From: an uncultured delta proteobacterium
Lineage (GTDB): Bacteria; Desulfobacterota; Desulfobacteria; Desulfobacterales; JAHEIW01
Direction of reading: 5' to 3'
Length of the DNA: 64,000 nucleotides
Assembly: GCA_963706575.1 (NCBI GenBank)
Contig: CAVPNL010000006.1
Coordinates: 768,001 to 832,000, forward strand
This document shows positions 32,289-42,895 of the stretch, piece after piece. A model generated the notes under the pieces. The model was not told the origin of the DNA. It saw only the letters and a program-made list of their open reading frames with translations, and made no database searches. The first letter of the stretch is position 1. The number at the start of each line of letters is the position of its first letter. The translations under genes were made by a program, and so were the position numbers.

Positions 32289-33081
32289 TGCCTTTAAAAT
32301 AAAACGCTATTTTCATCATAAAGATTTTCACAAACCTCACCATTCCCGTGCAAACCACGCCCAGACCGATGTAAGCACCCAAAAGAGCGGAACGCGAGAG
32401 ATCAAGGTCGTCCGCCGGGTTCTGGATGTAAACGAGAAGATGGCCGAACAAAACCGCCGGCTTTTTGCCGAAAAAGGCCTATTCGTGCTCAATGTCATGA
32501 GTTCCCCGGGCTCGGGCAAAACCACCACCCTGCAAAAAACCCTTGCGCGGATTATGCCGGAAATAAAATGCGCGGTGATCGTCGGCGATATCTGCACCAC
32601 CCACGATGCCGACCGCCTGGCGGAAACAGGCGCACCGGTGGTACAGATCAATACCGACGAGTTTGGCGGGGATTGTCACCTGGTTGCGCATGTGATTGAA
32701 AAAGCAGCCGTCACACTGGATCTGGATGATATCGACTTTCTGGTGATTGAAAATGTGGGCAATCTCGTCTGCCCGGCCGAGTTTGATATCGGTGAGGATT
32801 CACGCGTGGTGGTATTAAGTGTGACCGAGGGCGAAGACAAGCCGGTAAAATACCCGCTGATGTTTCGGGAATGTGAAGCGGCGCTTTTAAATAAGGTTGA
32901 TTTGCTGCCCTATCTGGATTTCGAAAAAGAAAAAGCGCTCGATTACATCCACCAGGTTCATCCGGGCATGCCGGTTTTTGAAATTTCCGCCAAAACCGAA
33001 GAAGGCTTCGAGCCCTGGATCGAGTGGCTAAAAGGCAAGATTAAAGAAAAACAAAAAAAAATAGGTATTGGCTGCTGGTAA
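32275..33081 (+). CDS. hypB: Nickel-incorporation GTPase HypB with His-rich N-terminus
   Basis: SSPGSGKT, CHL, ENVGNLVCPA, GEDKPVKYP, NKVD. Confidence 0.95.
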   Translation: MIPGDAFKIKRYFHHKDFHKPHHSRANHAQTDVSTQKSGTREIKVVRRVLDVNEKMAEQNRRLFAEKGLFVLNVMSSPGSGKTTTLQKTLARIMPEIKCAVIVGDICTTHDADRLAETGAPVVQINTDEFGGDCHLVAHVIEKAAVTLDLDDIDFLVIENVGNLVCPAEFDIGEDSRVVVLSVTEGEDKPVKYPLMFRECEAALLNKVDLLPYLDFEKEKALDYIHQVHPGMPVFEISAKTEEGFEPWIEWLKGKIKEKQKKIGIGCW

Positions 33082-33243
33082 TTAGGTATCGGGTATTAGT
33101 GCAGAATGGTTTTGAACTTTGGGTGGCATTTTTTCACCGGATATCAAAATAGTAATTCAGTCTAAGGCGTTTAATCTCAAATGCTGCCCTTATAAATAAC
33201 GAATACCCAATACCCAATACCTAATACCCAATCTCCAATACCC
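33064..33243. repeat. 7-nt periodic inverted-repeat element (GGTATT/AATACC family)
   Basis: GGTATTGG...AGGTATCGGGTATTAG ... (AATACCC)n between convergent hypB and nifS. Confidence 0.7.
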
Positions 33244-33250
33244 AGCCAAG

Positions 33251-34426
33251 CTATCCTTCCATAGCTTGCTTCCAGAACGGCGACAGCTCTCTCAAGCGCT
33301 CGATAATGGGCGGCAATTTTTCCAGGATCACATCAATTTCATCTTCCGTACTATAACGGCTGAGGCTGAAGCGAATTGAGCCATGGGCCGCGGTAAAGGG
33401 GACTCCCATGGCACGCAAAACATGGGAGGGTTCCAGCGAGCCGCTGGTACAGGCGGAACCCGAAGACGCACAGATACCATATTCATTCATCATCAACAGG
33501 ATCGCTTCTCCTTCCACATATTCAAAGGCAACACTGGTGGTGTTCGGCAAACGGTTGGCCGGGTCGCCATTGATCAATGCATTGGACACCTTTTCCAGCA
33601 GGGTTTGCTCGAGTCGGTCCCGCAGTTGGCTGATGCGCTCATAACCATTTTCCGCCAGATGCGCAGCCGCCAATTCGGCGGCCTTGCCCAGGCCGACAAT
33701 TGATGCCGTATTTTCAGTGCCGCCGCGGCGGCCCTTTTCCTGATGACCGCCGATCATAAACGGTGAAAATTTGGTGCCTTTGCGGATGTACAGGGCGCCG
33801 ATTCCCTTGGGCGAATGAAACTTGTGGCCGGAAAGTGAGAGCATATCCACACCGGTTTCGCCGACATTGATGGGAAGTTTACCCACGGCCTGAACGGCAT
33901 CGGTATGAAACAAAATTCCCCGGCTTTTGACCTCCCGGGAGATTTCTTCGATGGGAAAAAGCACCCCGGTTTCGTTGTTGCCCCACATGAGGCTGACAAT
34001 TGCCGTATCATCGCTGAGGCTATCATATAGATAATCCATATCGAGCCGGCCGCTATGGTCAACCGGAACAAAGGTGGCCCGGTAGCCCTTTTTCGACAGG
34101 GCTTCATAAAGATTTTTTATCGCCGGGTGCTCGACTCTGGAAGTTACCAGATGCTTTTTAGCCGGATATGATTCGATGGCGGCGCGTATGGCGGTACCGT
34201 CACTTTCCGTACCGCAGCTGGTGAAAACAATCTCCTGAGGCGCGGCGCCAATCAGATTTGCCACATTTTCTCTGGCGATCTCAATTGCCCCGCCAACGTT
34301 TCCGCCAAAGGAATGCATACTGGATGGATTGCCGTAATTGGTGCTGAAATAGGGCAGCATGGCATCCAGCACTTCCGGCGCGACCATGGTCGTAGCGTTG
34401 TTATCGACATAAATCACTTTCATCAC
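33251..34426 (-). CDS. nifS: Cysteine desulfurase
   Basis: YVDNNATT, HTDAVQ, SGHKFH, SSGSACTS. Confidence 0.95.
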   Translation of the reverse strand: MMKVIYVDNNATTMVAPEVLDAMLPYFSTNYGNPSSMHSFGGNVGGAIEIARENVANLIGAAPQEIVFTSCGTESDGTAIRAAIESYPAKKHLVTSRVEHPAIKNLYEALSKKGYRATFVPVDHSGRLDMDYLYDSLSDDTAIVSLMWGNNETGVLFPIEEISREVKSRGILFHTDAVQAVGKLPINVGETGVDMLSLSGHKFHSPKGIGALYIRKGTKFSPFMIGGHQEKGRRGGTENTASIVGLGKAAELAAAHLAENGYERISQLRDRLEQTLLEKVSNALINGDPANRLPNTTSVAFEYVEGEAILLMMNEYGICASSGSACTSGSLEPSHVLRAMGVPFTAAHGSIRFSLSRYSTEDEIDVILEKLPPIIERLRELSPFWKQAMEG

Positions 34427-35250
34427 TGTACCTCCTCGACCACCAGTTCCGGCGAAACCAGTTCGCGCAGGCGGGATTCGACATAATGTTTAAGCGTAAC
34501 CGGCGATTTGGCACATGCCGCACAGGAGCCGCCCAAACGCACCAGGACCCGATTGCCGTCGACGTCGATTAATTCAAGTCGGCCGGCATCCTTTTTCAGG
34601 GTCGGATTGATCTCGCGCTCGATACTTTCTTCAATCAATTTAATTTTTTGCAGATTGGTTAAAGCCGGGGTTTTTTTCTTAACCGGGCGGTCGGCGCCCA
34701 GGATCTCGTCGATGATCTCCTGGATGCGGTCATGGCAGTTGCCGCAGCCGCCGCCGGCTTTGACGTAGTCAGTAACATCATCAATGGTTGTCAGGTGATT
34801 CTCACGAACCACGCGTTCGATTTCTCGGTCGGTGATACCGAAGCATTCGCACACGATTTCTCCCTCGATCTTTTTTTCAGGTTCGTCGAGGTAACAGCTA
34901 ATGGCCTTTTCCAGCGCGTCACGGCCCATGACCGAGCAATGCATCTTTTCTTTCGGCAGACCGCCCAGAAAATCGGCGATGTCTTCATTGGTGATTTTTT
35001 GCGCTTCCTCCAGAGTCAGGCCTTTGACCATTTCGGTCAGCGCCGATGAAGACGCGATGGCGCTGGCACAGCCAAACGTCTGGAAGGTGGCGTCCTTAAT
35101 TTTTCCGTTTTCATCGAGCTTGAAATAAAACGTCAGCGCATCGCCGCAGGCGATGGATCCGACTTCTCCCACCCCATCCGCATCTTCCAATACGCCGACA
35201 TTGCGCGGGTTGAGAAAATGATCTTTTACTTTATCGGTGTACTCCCACAT
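34423..35250 (-). CDS. nifU: Three-domain Fe-S scaffold NifU
   Basis: IscU domain (ACGD, GCASA, KMHCS), BFD-like CECF...GGGCGNC, C-terminal Nfu CAAC. Confidence 0.95.
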   Translation of the reverse strand: MWEYTDKVKDHFLNPRNVGVLEDADGVGEVGSIACGDALTFYFKLDENGKIKDATFQTFGCASAIASSSALTEMVKGLTLEEAQKITNEDIADFLGGLPKEKMHCSVMGRDALEKAISCYLDEPEKKIEGEIVCECFGITDREIERVVRENHLTTIDDVTDYVKAGGGCGNCHDRIQEIIDEILGADRPVKKKTPALTNLQKIKLIEESIEREINPTLKKDAGRLELIDVDGNRVLVRLGGSCAACAKSPVTLKHYVESRLRELVSPELVVEEVQ

Positions 35251-35502
35251 GGTATCCTCCTGTTTGCTGTAAAACCACTTCTACAATAATTCGGCCAAAC
35301 ACATCCGGTCCGAAAAATGTTCACAACAATAATAATCATCTTTTTTTAAAAAAAAAGTCAACCGTTCAAAACAACAATCGCTTTTTGGGTACCGGTATAT
35401 GTAAATCGACATAGACAACCGCTTTTATTTTCTTTATACTCAAACCCAATACTCATCATCAATTAAGAGACCGATACAGGGTGCACAAAGCACAATCCAA
35501 AT

Positions 35503-35652
35503 TTGAGCGTCCCCTTTCAGGGGACTCGAGGAGCGGCTCTTCGAGCCTTGAAGACCGGCCTTGCGGCCTCGAGATTGGAAACAATCAACACTTCTTCTCA
35601 AGCGAAGCGCTCCTAAAGTGAAACACTCATCAAGCGCCAGCGCTCCTCACGC
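35503..35652. repeat. Cluster of short GC-rich hairpins
   Basis: TCCCC-TTTCA-GGGGA, GGCTC-TTC-GAGCC, GGCC-TTGC-GGCC, then AGCGAAGCGCT and AGCGCCAGCGCT. Confidence 0.6.
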
Positions 35653-35678
35653 TTAGTTCTTTTTACGGGAGGTGAACC

Positions 35679-36539
35679 ATGAAATCCACAAAGCTCAGAA
35701 GAGCCGCTTTTGCGGGCAGCTGGTACCCTTCAAGTGCGGCTGAATGCGAAAAAGAAATCGAAGGGTTTCTGGCCGAGGGCAAAAAGATGGATTTTCCGGC
35801 CGGAGAGCGGGTGGGGGGCATCGTTCCGCATGCCGGCTGGTTTTTTTCGGGTAGTATCGCCTGCAATGTGATCCGCTGCTTGAAATCAGATGACCCCCCT
35901 GATGTATTCGTTGTTTTCGGGATGCATCTTCACCCGGATTCCCCTTGTGTAATGATGGCCGAAGGCGCATGGGAGACACCTTTCGGCGAAATTTGTGTTG
36001 ATGAGCAACTGGCCGGGGAACTGATAAAGCAATTTACCTTCACCCTCGAATCCCCGAACAGCTTTAGCCAGGACAATACCATCGAGCTGCAGCTCCCCTT
36101 TATCAAATATTTTTTCAACGAGGTGAAGATCGTTGCCATGGGTGTGCCGCCCGCCAAAAGCTCATTGGAAATCGGCCGGGCGGTCGTTGATATTGCCAAT
36201 CGTTTGAATTTACGAATTAAAGTGATTGGATCTACAGATTTGACGCATTATGGTCGTAATTATGGATTCGTATCTGAAGGAACAGGTCCACAGGCACTTG
36301 ATTGGGTGCGCAATCAAAACGATCGTCGTATAATCGATTTGATGCTGGACATGGATGCTGGAAAAGTGATCAGTGAAGCTTTGGCGAGCCAAAACGCGTG
36401 CTGTGCCGGCGCTGCGGCGACGGCAATCGAATCCGCGAAACACCTGGGGGCAGATCGGGCCGAATCCATTGCCTATGCCACAAGCCATGATAAAAGCCCG
36501 GGAGATAGTTTTGTGGGATACGTGGGGATTGTTTTTTAG
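35679..36539 (+). CDS. MEMO1-family protein (AmmeMemoRadiSam system protein B)
   Basis: AGSWYP, PHAGWFFSG, WETPFG, ELQLPF, STDLTHYG, VGY. Confidence 0.88.
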   Translation: MKSTKLRRAAFAGSWYPSSAAECEKEIEGFLAEGKKMDFPAGERVGGIVPHAGWFFSGSIACNVIRCLKSDDPPDVFVVFGMHLHPDSPCVMMAEGAWETPFGEICVDEQLAGELIKQFTFTLESPNSFSQDNTIELQLPFIKYFFNEVKIVAMGVPPAKSSLEIGRAVVDIANRLNLRIKVIGSTDLTHYGRNYGFVSEGTGPQALDWVRNQNDRRIIDLMLDMDAGKVISEALASQNACCAGAAATAIESAKHLGADRAESIAYATSHDKSPGDSFVGYVGIVF

Positions 36540-36554
36540 TTCAAATTCTAATGC

Positions 36555-36599
36555 AAAAGTGGCTTTTAAACCTTTGATGAGGGTATAAAAGCCACTTTT
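36555..36599. terminator. Bidirectional intrinsic terminator-like hairpin
   Basis: AAAAGTGGCTTTTA.ACC ... GGT.TAAAAGCCACTTTT. Confidence 0.65.
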
Positions 36600-36608
36600 A
36601 AAAATCAT

Positions 36609-36917
36609 CGAGGTGGCAGCCGTTTAGACGCTTGAAACCTTCCCCCTTATTGGTCCACAATGTTAATTGAATCCGAGATCACCCCTATTTAGAAAACCAG
36701 ATCTGCTCTCCTCCTGTCGTTGCCGGTAATTCATTCCATGGTAATTGGAATGCAGCAAAGCACGACAATATTTCCAAGCTGAACGTCATGCACCACGGTT
36801 TCCGTCCTCTTGACCGAAAAAGACATGGCGCCGGTGATCTCGAAATGGACGATGGCAAGCAGACAGTGCCGGGAATTAAATGCGGTCTAGATCAAATCTT
36901 AACAGGCTGCCACCCCG
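36609..36917 (-). ncRNA. Candidate structured ncRNA of unknown family (~310 nt)
   Basis: 13-bp terminal stem (perfect with one G-U on the minus strand), nested helix CGAGATCACC/GGTGATCTCG, further internal hairpins, terminator immediately downstream on minus strand; strand uncertain. Confidence 0.45.
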
Positions 36918-37146
36918 AAATCGGATTATCAGGATTTGAGTTTATTGTATAGGGAATCACCCCCTCATCAGGCTAAATGGGTACCATAATTTAGTATTTA
37001 TTTCAATTTTTTGTTGAAAAAATCTATATAAAATATTCTGTAAATTTTAATTATCTGATTTAATTATAAAATATGGCCACGCCCTTCAGGTTTCACTCGC
37101 TAAATGATTACCCATTAAGACGAATCCAGATATGAAAAGCGATCCG

Positions 37147-38877
37147 TTACGTTTTGTGCTGCTGGGCCTTGAGTATTTTTGCCCAGGTATCCCGTAAGGT
37201 TACCGTGCGATTGAACACCAGGGACCCCTCTGTGGAATCCTTCGTATCCACACAAAAATATCCCAGACGTTCAAACTGATAGCGATTTCCGGGTCCGGAT
37301 GTGGCCAGGCTGGGTTCAACCATGCAATTTGTTAATTTTTTCAGTGAATTAGGGTTAATAACATCGGTAAAATCTTTTCCGTCTTCCACCTCGTTGGGAT
37401 TTTCTTTTAAAAAGAGATGCTCATAGAGGCGCACTTCAGCCGCTTGCGCATGAGATGCTGAAACCCAATGCAGCGTCCCTTTTACCTTGCGGCCGTCAGG
37501 CGCATCACCACCGCGGGTTTGGGGATCATAGGTACAGTGCAGCTCGATCACCTCTCCGGTTGCGGGGTCTTTGACGACATCGACACAGGTAATAAAGTAA
37601 GCATAGCGCAGCCGGACTTCCCGGCCCGGGGCTAACCGGAAAAACTTTTTGGGCGGTTCTTCCATAAAATCATCCTGTTCGATGTACAGCTCCCGGGAAA
37701 AGGGAATTTTGCGGGTGCCCATAGCCGGATCTTCCGGATTGTTTATGGCATCCAATTCTTCCACCTGCCCCTCGGGGTAATTGTCAATGATGACCTTCAA
37801 GGGCCTCAGCACACCCATTACCCGGGGGGTAATTTTGTTCAGATGTTCCCGGATGCAATATTCCAACAGGGCAATGTCCACCATGCTGTCGGCTTTGGCC
37901 ACCCCGATCCGTTCGCAGAAATTACGAATGGATTCAGGGGTATATCCCCGTCGCCGCAAGCCGGATATCGTCGGCATGCGCGGATCATCCCAGCTGTCTA
38001 AGTGGCCTTCTTCCACCAGGCGGATCAGCTTGCGCTTGCTGAGCACCGTATAGTTGAGATTGAGGCGCGCAAACTCGATTTGCTGTGGATGGTAGACTTC
38101 CAGCTGGTCCAGGACCCAGTCATAGAGTTCTCGATTGATTTCAAATTCCAGGGTACAAATCGAATGGGTGATTCCTTCGATCGAATCCGAGAGGCAGTGG
38201 GTAAAATCATACATGGGATAAATCACCCACATACCCGCGGTGCGATAATGGGGGACTTTCTTGATCCGATACAGGGTGGGATCGCGCATCAGCATATTGG
38301 GGGACGCCATGTCGATTTTGGCCCGCAGCACATGCTCGCCCTCTTTATATTCACCGGCCCGCATGCGTTCAAACAGATCCAGGTTTTCTTCGATCGTGCG
38401 CTTACGATAGGGACTGTTTTTACCGGGTTGCGTCAGGGTGCCGCGATATTCCCTGATCTGATCAGAGCTCAGGCTGTCTACGTAGGCCTTGCCTTTTTTG
38501 ATGAGCTGAACGGCAAATTCAAATAGTTGCTCAAAATAATCGGAGGCATAGTACTGGCGATCCTGCCAGTCAAATCCCAGCCAGCGAACGTCCCCCTTGA
38601 TGGATTCGACATATTCCACCTCTTCTTTGGCCGGGTCGGTATCATCAAAGCGCAGATTGCAAAGGCCGCCGTATTCTTTGGCCAGCCCGAAATTTAAGCA
38701 GATGGATTTCGCATGCCCGATGTGCAGATACCCGTTGGGTTCCGGCGGAAAGCGCGTATGGACCCGCCCGTCGTTTTTACCATTTTTAATGTCTTCATCG
38801 ATGATGTGCTTGATAAAATTCGGCGGCGGTGAAAATTCGCCTGCCGTCTTTGAGGATTTGGTGCTGGCTGATTTCAT
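37147..38877 (-). CDS. glnS: Glutamine--tRNA ligase
   Basis: [44 protein letters not shown]. Confidence 0.97.
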   Translation of the reverse strand: MKSASTKSSKTAGEFSPPPNFIKHIIDEDIKNGKNDGRVHTRFPPEPNGYLHIGHAKSICLNFGLAKEYGGLCNLRFDDTDPAKEEVEYVESIKGDVRWLGFDWQDRQYYASDYFEQLFEFAVQLIKKGKAYVDSLSSDQIREYRGTLTQPGKNSPYRKRTIEENLDLFERMRAGEYKEGEHVLRAKIDMASPNMLMRDPTLYRIKKVPHYRTAGMWVIYPMYDFTHCLSDSIEGITHSICTLEFEINRELYDWVLDQLEVYHPQQIEFARLNLNYTVLSKRKLIRLVEEGHLDSWDDPRMPTISGLRRRGYTPESIRNFCERIGVAKADSMVDIALLEYCIREHLNKITPRVMGVLRPLKVIIDNYPEGQVEELDAINNPEDPAMGTRKIPFSRELYIEQDDFMEEPPKKFFRLAPGREVRLRYAYFITCVDVVKDPATGEVIELHCTYDPQTRGGDAPDGRKVKGTLHWVSASHAQAAEVRLYEHLFLKENPNEVEDGKDFTDVINPNSLKKLTNCMVEPSLATSGPGNRYQFERLGYFCVDTKDSTEGSLVFNRTVTLRDTWAKILKAQQHKT

Positions 38878-39331
38878 AATGCTTCTTCCTTAATAAGGAC
38901 AGTGGCTCATATTCGATAACAAATTAGAATGATTTTTTTATAAAATCAAACTATTTGAGAAATATCAACGGGTTTGACGCTAAAACGATCGTTTGTCCGA
39001 AAAAATAAGGGTAAAATTGGAGTGGTGGGCGCCATCTACGACGTTCATAACGACAGGGTGACATTCATTCAAAATGGGAAATGGCGTCGGTTCGCTATTT
39101 CAAGAAAATCTTCTGGCCTCTGGAAAGGCTGAGGTTGCCAAAGCCTTCAGGTCATGCCATAAATACCGCATCCATATATAATTGAGATCTCAGCGCAACG
39201 GTTCCGATATTTTGAGTTCACCGGTTGAGGGTTTATGCTTGCGATTATCCTGCACGGTAAGGTTTTAATCTTTAATCCTATATGCCAATGATTGATCTGA
39301 CTAACTTGGGAAGTTGATTCCGGAGGGTATT

Positions 39332-40615
39332 ATGAAAAAGTGGCTGACACTTCTTCTGGCTATCATTGTTTTCTTTACAGGGCAGACCGTTTTTGCTCAA
39401 GGCGTTCGGGTGGGTCCGGATGGTGAATTTTCACAGCAAACCCTCAAGCTGCCGTACGCTTTTTACAACGAAAATTTCGGGTTCGCCGGAGGATTCGTTT
39501 ATGGTAAAGTCGGCAGCCTTCAGAAGCAGGCCACCATTCTGACCACGGCCATGGTTGGCACCAAAGGGGGTATGGGTTTTCTGGTGGGCAAAGATATCCA
39601 GATGCCGCGCATCGAGCGCCTGTTTTTGGATCCCATCGTTTCTGTGGGCTACTTTAGCGACAGTAAGTCCTTTGTTAACGGCAACCCTGATTTTGCGAAT
39701 GAACGCGCCGGCAGCAATGACTCGGACGAGGACAACTATGTTGAAGGCGACGGCTGGGACAATTTTTTCCGACTCAAGTTCAAATATCTGCTTCCGGTCG
39801 GCAACGGCCGGGATGACATCATCACCACTATTAAAATGAAGGACGGACTCCCGATATCCGAACCCAAAGGCGGAACCTCCTTGAATCCATTCAAAAGCGG
39901 CCGGAGCTACCTGGAGATGCGGCCCTTTTACCGCTCCCAGGAGATCGACGGCGACGATGTCGATGAAACGGTAAAAACCAACGGCCTTGATTTATCACTG
40001 TTCTGGGACAACCGTGACTTTGACGCCAATCCTTCCAAGGGATTCGGCTTCCGGGGCAAGATGTCGCGTGATTTTGGCTGGCTTAACAGCTCGGATTCAT
40101 GGACCAACCTGGAAGGTGAGCTGGACGTCTACTTTCCGTTAAAAATGGGGAACTGGCTGCGCCAGGGGGTGCTGGCCCTCAATCACTGGACCTCCTATTC
40201 GCCGACCTGGAATAAGGAATCAGGCGGGGAGGTTACCAACCGGCCGCCGGCTTACACCGGCTCGACCCTGGGCGGTCTCTGGCGCATGCGCGGCTTCCCC
40301 TCACAACGCTTCAACGACAGGGCCGCCACCTATTACGCGGCGGAGCTGCGCTTGATTCCCGAATGGAATCCGTTTAACAACTGGCCGCGCGTTCAGAAAT
40401 ATGTGGGCATCAAATGGCTGCAGTTCGTGCCCTTTGTGGAAATCGGGCGGGTGGCTCCCGAGTGGAGTTTTTCACGGCTGCACTCGGACATGAAATGGGA
40501 TGCCGGTCTGGGAATCCGGGCCTTGGCGCAAGGCATCGTGATCCGCATCGACTCGGCCTATTCCAATGAAGGCGTCGGTGTCCAGATGATGATCTCCCAG
40601 CCCTTTCAATTCTAA
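39332..40615 (+). CDS. Omp85/BamA-TamA-like outer-membrane beta-barrel protein
   Basis: Signal peptide, DNRD...PSKG, LGGLWRMRGF..RF motif, C-terminal QPFQF. Confidence 0.75.
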   Translation: MKKWLTLLLAIIVFFTGQTVFAQGVRVGPDGEFSQQTLKLPYAFYNENFGFAGGFVYGKVGSLQKQATILTTAMVGTKGGMGFLVGKDIQMPRIERLFLDPIVSVGYFSDSKSFVNGNPDFANERAGSNDSDEDNYVEGDGWDNFFRLKFKYLLPVGNGRDDIITTIKMKDGLPISEPKGGTSLNPFKSGRSYLEMRPFYRSQEIDGDDVDETVKTNGLDLSLFWDNRDFDANPSKGFGFRGKMSRDFGWLNSSDSWTNLEGELDVYFPLKMGNWLRQGVLALNHWTSYSPTWNKESGGEVTNRPPAYTGSTLGGLWRMRGFPSQRFNDRAATYYAAELRLIPEWNPFNNWPRVQKYVGIKWLQFVPFVEIGRVAPEWSFSRLHSDMKWDAGLGIRALAQGIVIRIDSAYSNEGVGVQMMISQPFQF

Positions 40616-40717
40616 TTCTGTCAGAACTTTCCACAGCGCTTGATAAAGTATAGCGAAAACGTCCAGACACTTTTTGATTCTTATACGTTAACTGGAAAAT
40701 GGATTCGAAAGTGATAT

Positions 40718-42565
40718 ATGCTTTTTGTTCAATACCGCAGCGCACTTGAACGACTCCGATTCGTTTTGAAACCGGCCATCGCTTTTGATATCTGGACCAC
40801 CCTGATATTCATGGTTTCTTTTGTGCCGGCATCCGGATGGTTGTTGAACCGGCTGGTGGCCGTCAGCGGGCAATTTGCGGTCTCCGATAACGACTTGTTG
40901 GCATTTTTCCTATCACCTCAGGGCATTCTTTTCCTCATCCTCAGTGTTGGCTTCGTCCTTGCCTTCTGGTTTGCAGAACAGGCGGGATTGTTGATTATTG
41001 CTCTTAAGGCGGTTTTCGGGAAGGAGGTTCCCGTCAGCCTTGTTCTATGGGAACAAATTACGCGTTTGCCGGCATTGATTCGTCTCGGGTTGCTCCAGGC
41101 TGCAGGCTATTTAGCGGTAAGTATCCCATTCCTTTTGGGAATTGGGCTGGTCTACTGGCTGCTGCTGCGCGAATGGGATATCTACTATTACGTTAACGTC
41201 CAGCCTTTGAGTTGGTGGATTGCGCTGATCATCGCGGGGACGATATCAGCTGCCTACCTCGTGTTGGCTGCCTGGTTGTATATACGATGGCTGTTTTCTA
41301 TTCCCATCCTTGTCTTTGAGAACGCCACGCCTTACGGAGCGTTGAGAAAAAGCTGGCGGCAGACGCGGGGACGGTTTTGGGAATTCGCGGTGCCATTGGC
41401 GGCCTGGTGGGCGGCTGTATTCCTATTGTCTCTGGCCATGACGTGGCTGTTGAGATCTGCTGCCGCCCAACTGCTTGATCATATCGGCCTGACCCTGAAA
41501 ATTGTGGTCCCAGTTGTGGTCGGGACCCTGGCGCTTATGGCCTTCCTGGATATCATGTGGCTGATCATCGGTAAAATTGTGCACGTTATGCTGATGGCGA
41601 ACTTTTACCTCGAAACAACGGAAGGGAAGCAAAAGACGAGCACATCGACCCCTTCAGTTGGAATACTTTCACCCAGGGCCTTAAAAAGAATCGGCTGGCT
41701 GATTGCCGGTGTGGTGCTGATTATGGGGATCGCCACCGGAGCCGCTTTTATTCATGGCCTCAAGATCAATCGCGCAATTGAGATCACGGGCCACCGCGGC
41801 AGCAAAGTCAGCGCCCCGGAAAATACCTTGAGTGCACTGCGCCAGGCGATTGCCGAAGGCGCCGACTATGCTGAAATCGATGTGCAGACCACCGCGGACG
41901 GTGTGGTGGTGCTCTTGCATGATGCCGATCTCATGCGGGTGGCATCAATTCGCCGAAGGCTGAGGGACATCAACTATCGCGAATTGAAAGACATCGATGT
42001 CGGCAGCTGGTTTGCACCGGAATTCAGCAGCGAACGCATACCCACACTTCAGGAAGCCATCGATCTTGCCCGGGGTCGCATCAAGCTGAACATTGAACTG
42101 AAATTCACCTGGCCGGATCCGGCGCTTACCCAGGAAGTCGCAAACATTATCCGGCAAAATGGATTTTCTGGTGATTGTGTGGTCAGTTCACTGAATTTTC
42201 AGGCGTTGACGGAAATCAAACAGGCATTTCCGGAACTCATCACCGGTTTCATCGTATTCAAAGTCGCCGGGAACCTGCTTAGGATGGAAGCGGATTTTCT
42301 GAGCCTCAATGCTGCCAGAGCCAAACCCAGGCTCGTGAGGCAATTGCACCGCCGCGGTAGAGCGGTTCACGTCTGGACGGTCAATGATTTCAACAACGTC
42401 ATTTCGATGATTGAGGTGGGGGTGGACAACATCATAACGGATTCCCCTCGGGAGGTGCGGCGTTATTTGGAAACATGGAATACGCTATCCGGTGGTGAGA
42501 AAATCGTACTGATGCTGAGAAACCTCATCGTGGGGCTTGAAAACCCCCAGCCATCGGAGCTTTGA
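40718..42565 (+). CDS. Membrane-anchored glycerophosphodiester phosphodiesterase
   Basis: N-terminal TM domain, GHRG...PENTL, EIDV..TADG..VLLHD, VWTVN, IITD. Confidence 0.9.
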   Translation: MLFVQYRSALERLRFVLKPAIAFDIWTTLIFMVSFVPASGWLLNRLVAVSGQFAVSDNDLLAFFLSPQGILFLILSVGFVLAFWFAEQAGLLIIALKAVFGKEVPVSLVLWEQITRLPALIRLGLLQAAGYLAVSIPFLLGIGLVYWLLLREWDIYYYVNVQPLSWWIALIIAGTISAAYLVLAAWLYIRWLFSIPILVFENATPYGALRKSWRQTRGRFWEFAVPLAAWWAAVFLLSLAMTWLLRSAAAQLLDHIGLTLKIVVPVVVGTLALMAFLDIMWLIIGKIVHVMLMANFYLETTEGKQKTSTSTPSVGILSPRALKRIGWLIAGVVLIMGIATGAAFIHGLKINRAIEITGHRGSKVSAPENTLSALRQAIAEGADYAEIDVQTTADGVVVLLHDADLMRVASIRRRLRDINYRELKDIDVGSWFAPEFSSERIPTLQEAIDLARGRIKLNIELKFTWPDPALTQEVANIIRQNGFSGDCVVSSLNFQALTEIKQAFPELITGFIVFKVAGNLLRMEADFLSLNAARAKPRLVRQLHRRGRAVHVWTVNDFNNVISMIEVGVDNIITDSPREVRRYLETWNTLSGGEKIVLMLRNLIVGLENPQPSEL

Positions 42566-42582
42566 CAAACCGGGAGGCCAAA

Positions 42583-42756
42583 ATGAGCGAGAATATGAAT
42601 AAAACAAGTACTACCAATGAGCTGGCCTGCGAACGCAACCGGCCAGCCGCCGACCGAACGCTGATGGCCTGGCTTCGCACGGCCCTCGCCATGCTCGGCT
42701 TTGGCTTTGGCATCCGAACATTTCCTGAGAAGAACAAACTCTGCAGCGGAACCTGA
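42583..42756 (+). pseudogene. Truncated DUF202/YidH membrane protein
   Basis: TNELACERNRPAADRTLMAWLRTALAMLGFGFGI, then an early stop. Confidence 0.65.
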
Positions 42757-42895
42757 TCTGAGATTTTGAAACCACTTCTATTCAACTAATCAACTATTTA
42801 ACTTATACCCTCTGACACCTAAGATAAAATCGTGTTTTGCAAATTATTTGCAGGAGGCAGCACCATATCCCGGCTTCTTGATAACCTTTTTGACC

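Noticed and set aside
33251..35250. nifU/nifS as evidence of nitrogen fixation
   Set aside because: No nifHDK here; NIF-type Fe-S assembly is housekeeping in many anaerobes
36609..36917. Assignment as tmRNA, RNase P, 6S or a cobalamin riboswitch
   Set aside because: No tRNA-like ends, no GAGGAAAGUCC, and no recognisable B12 box; left unassigned
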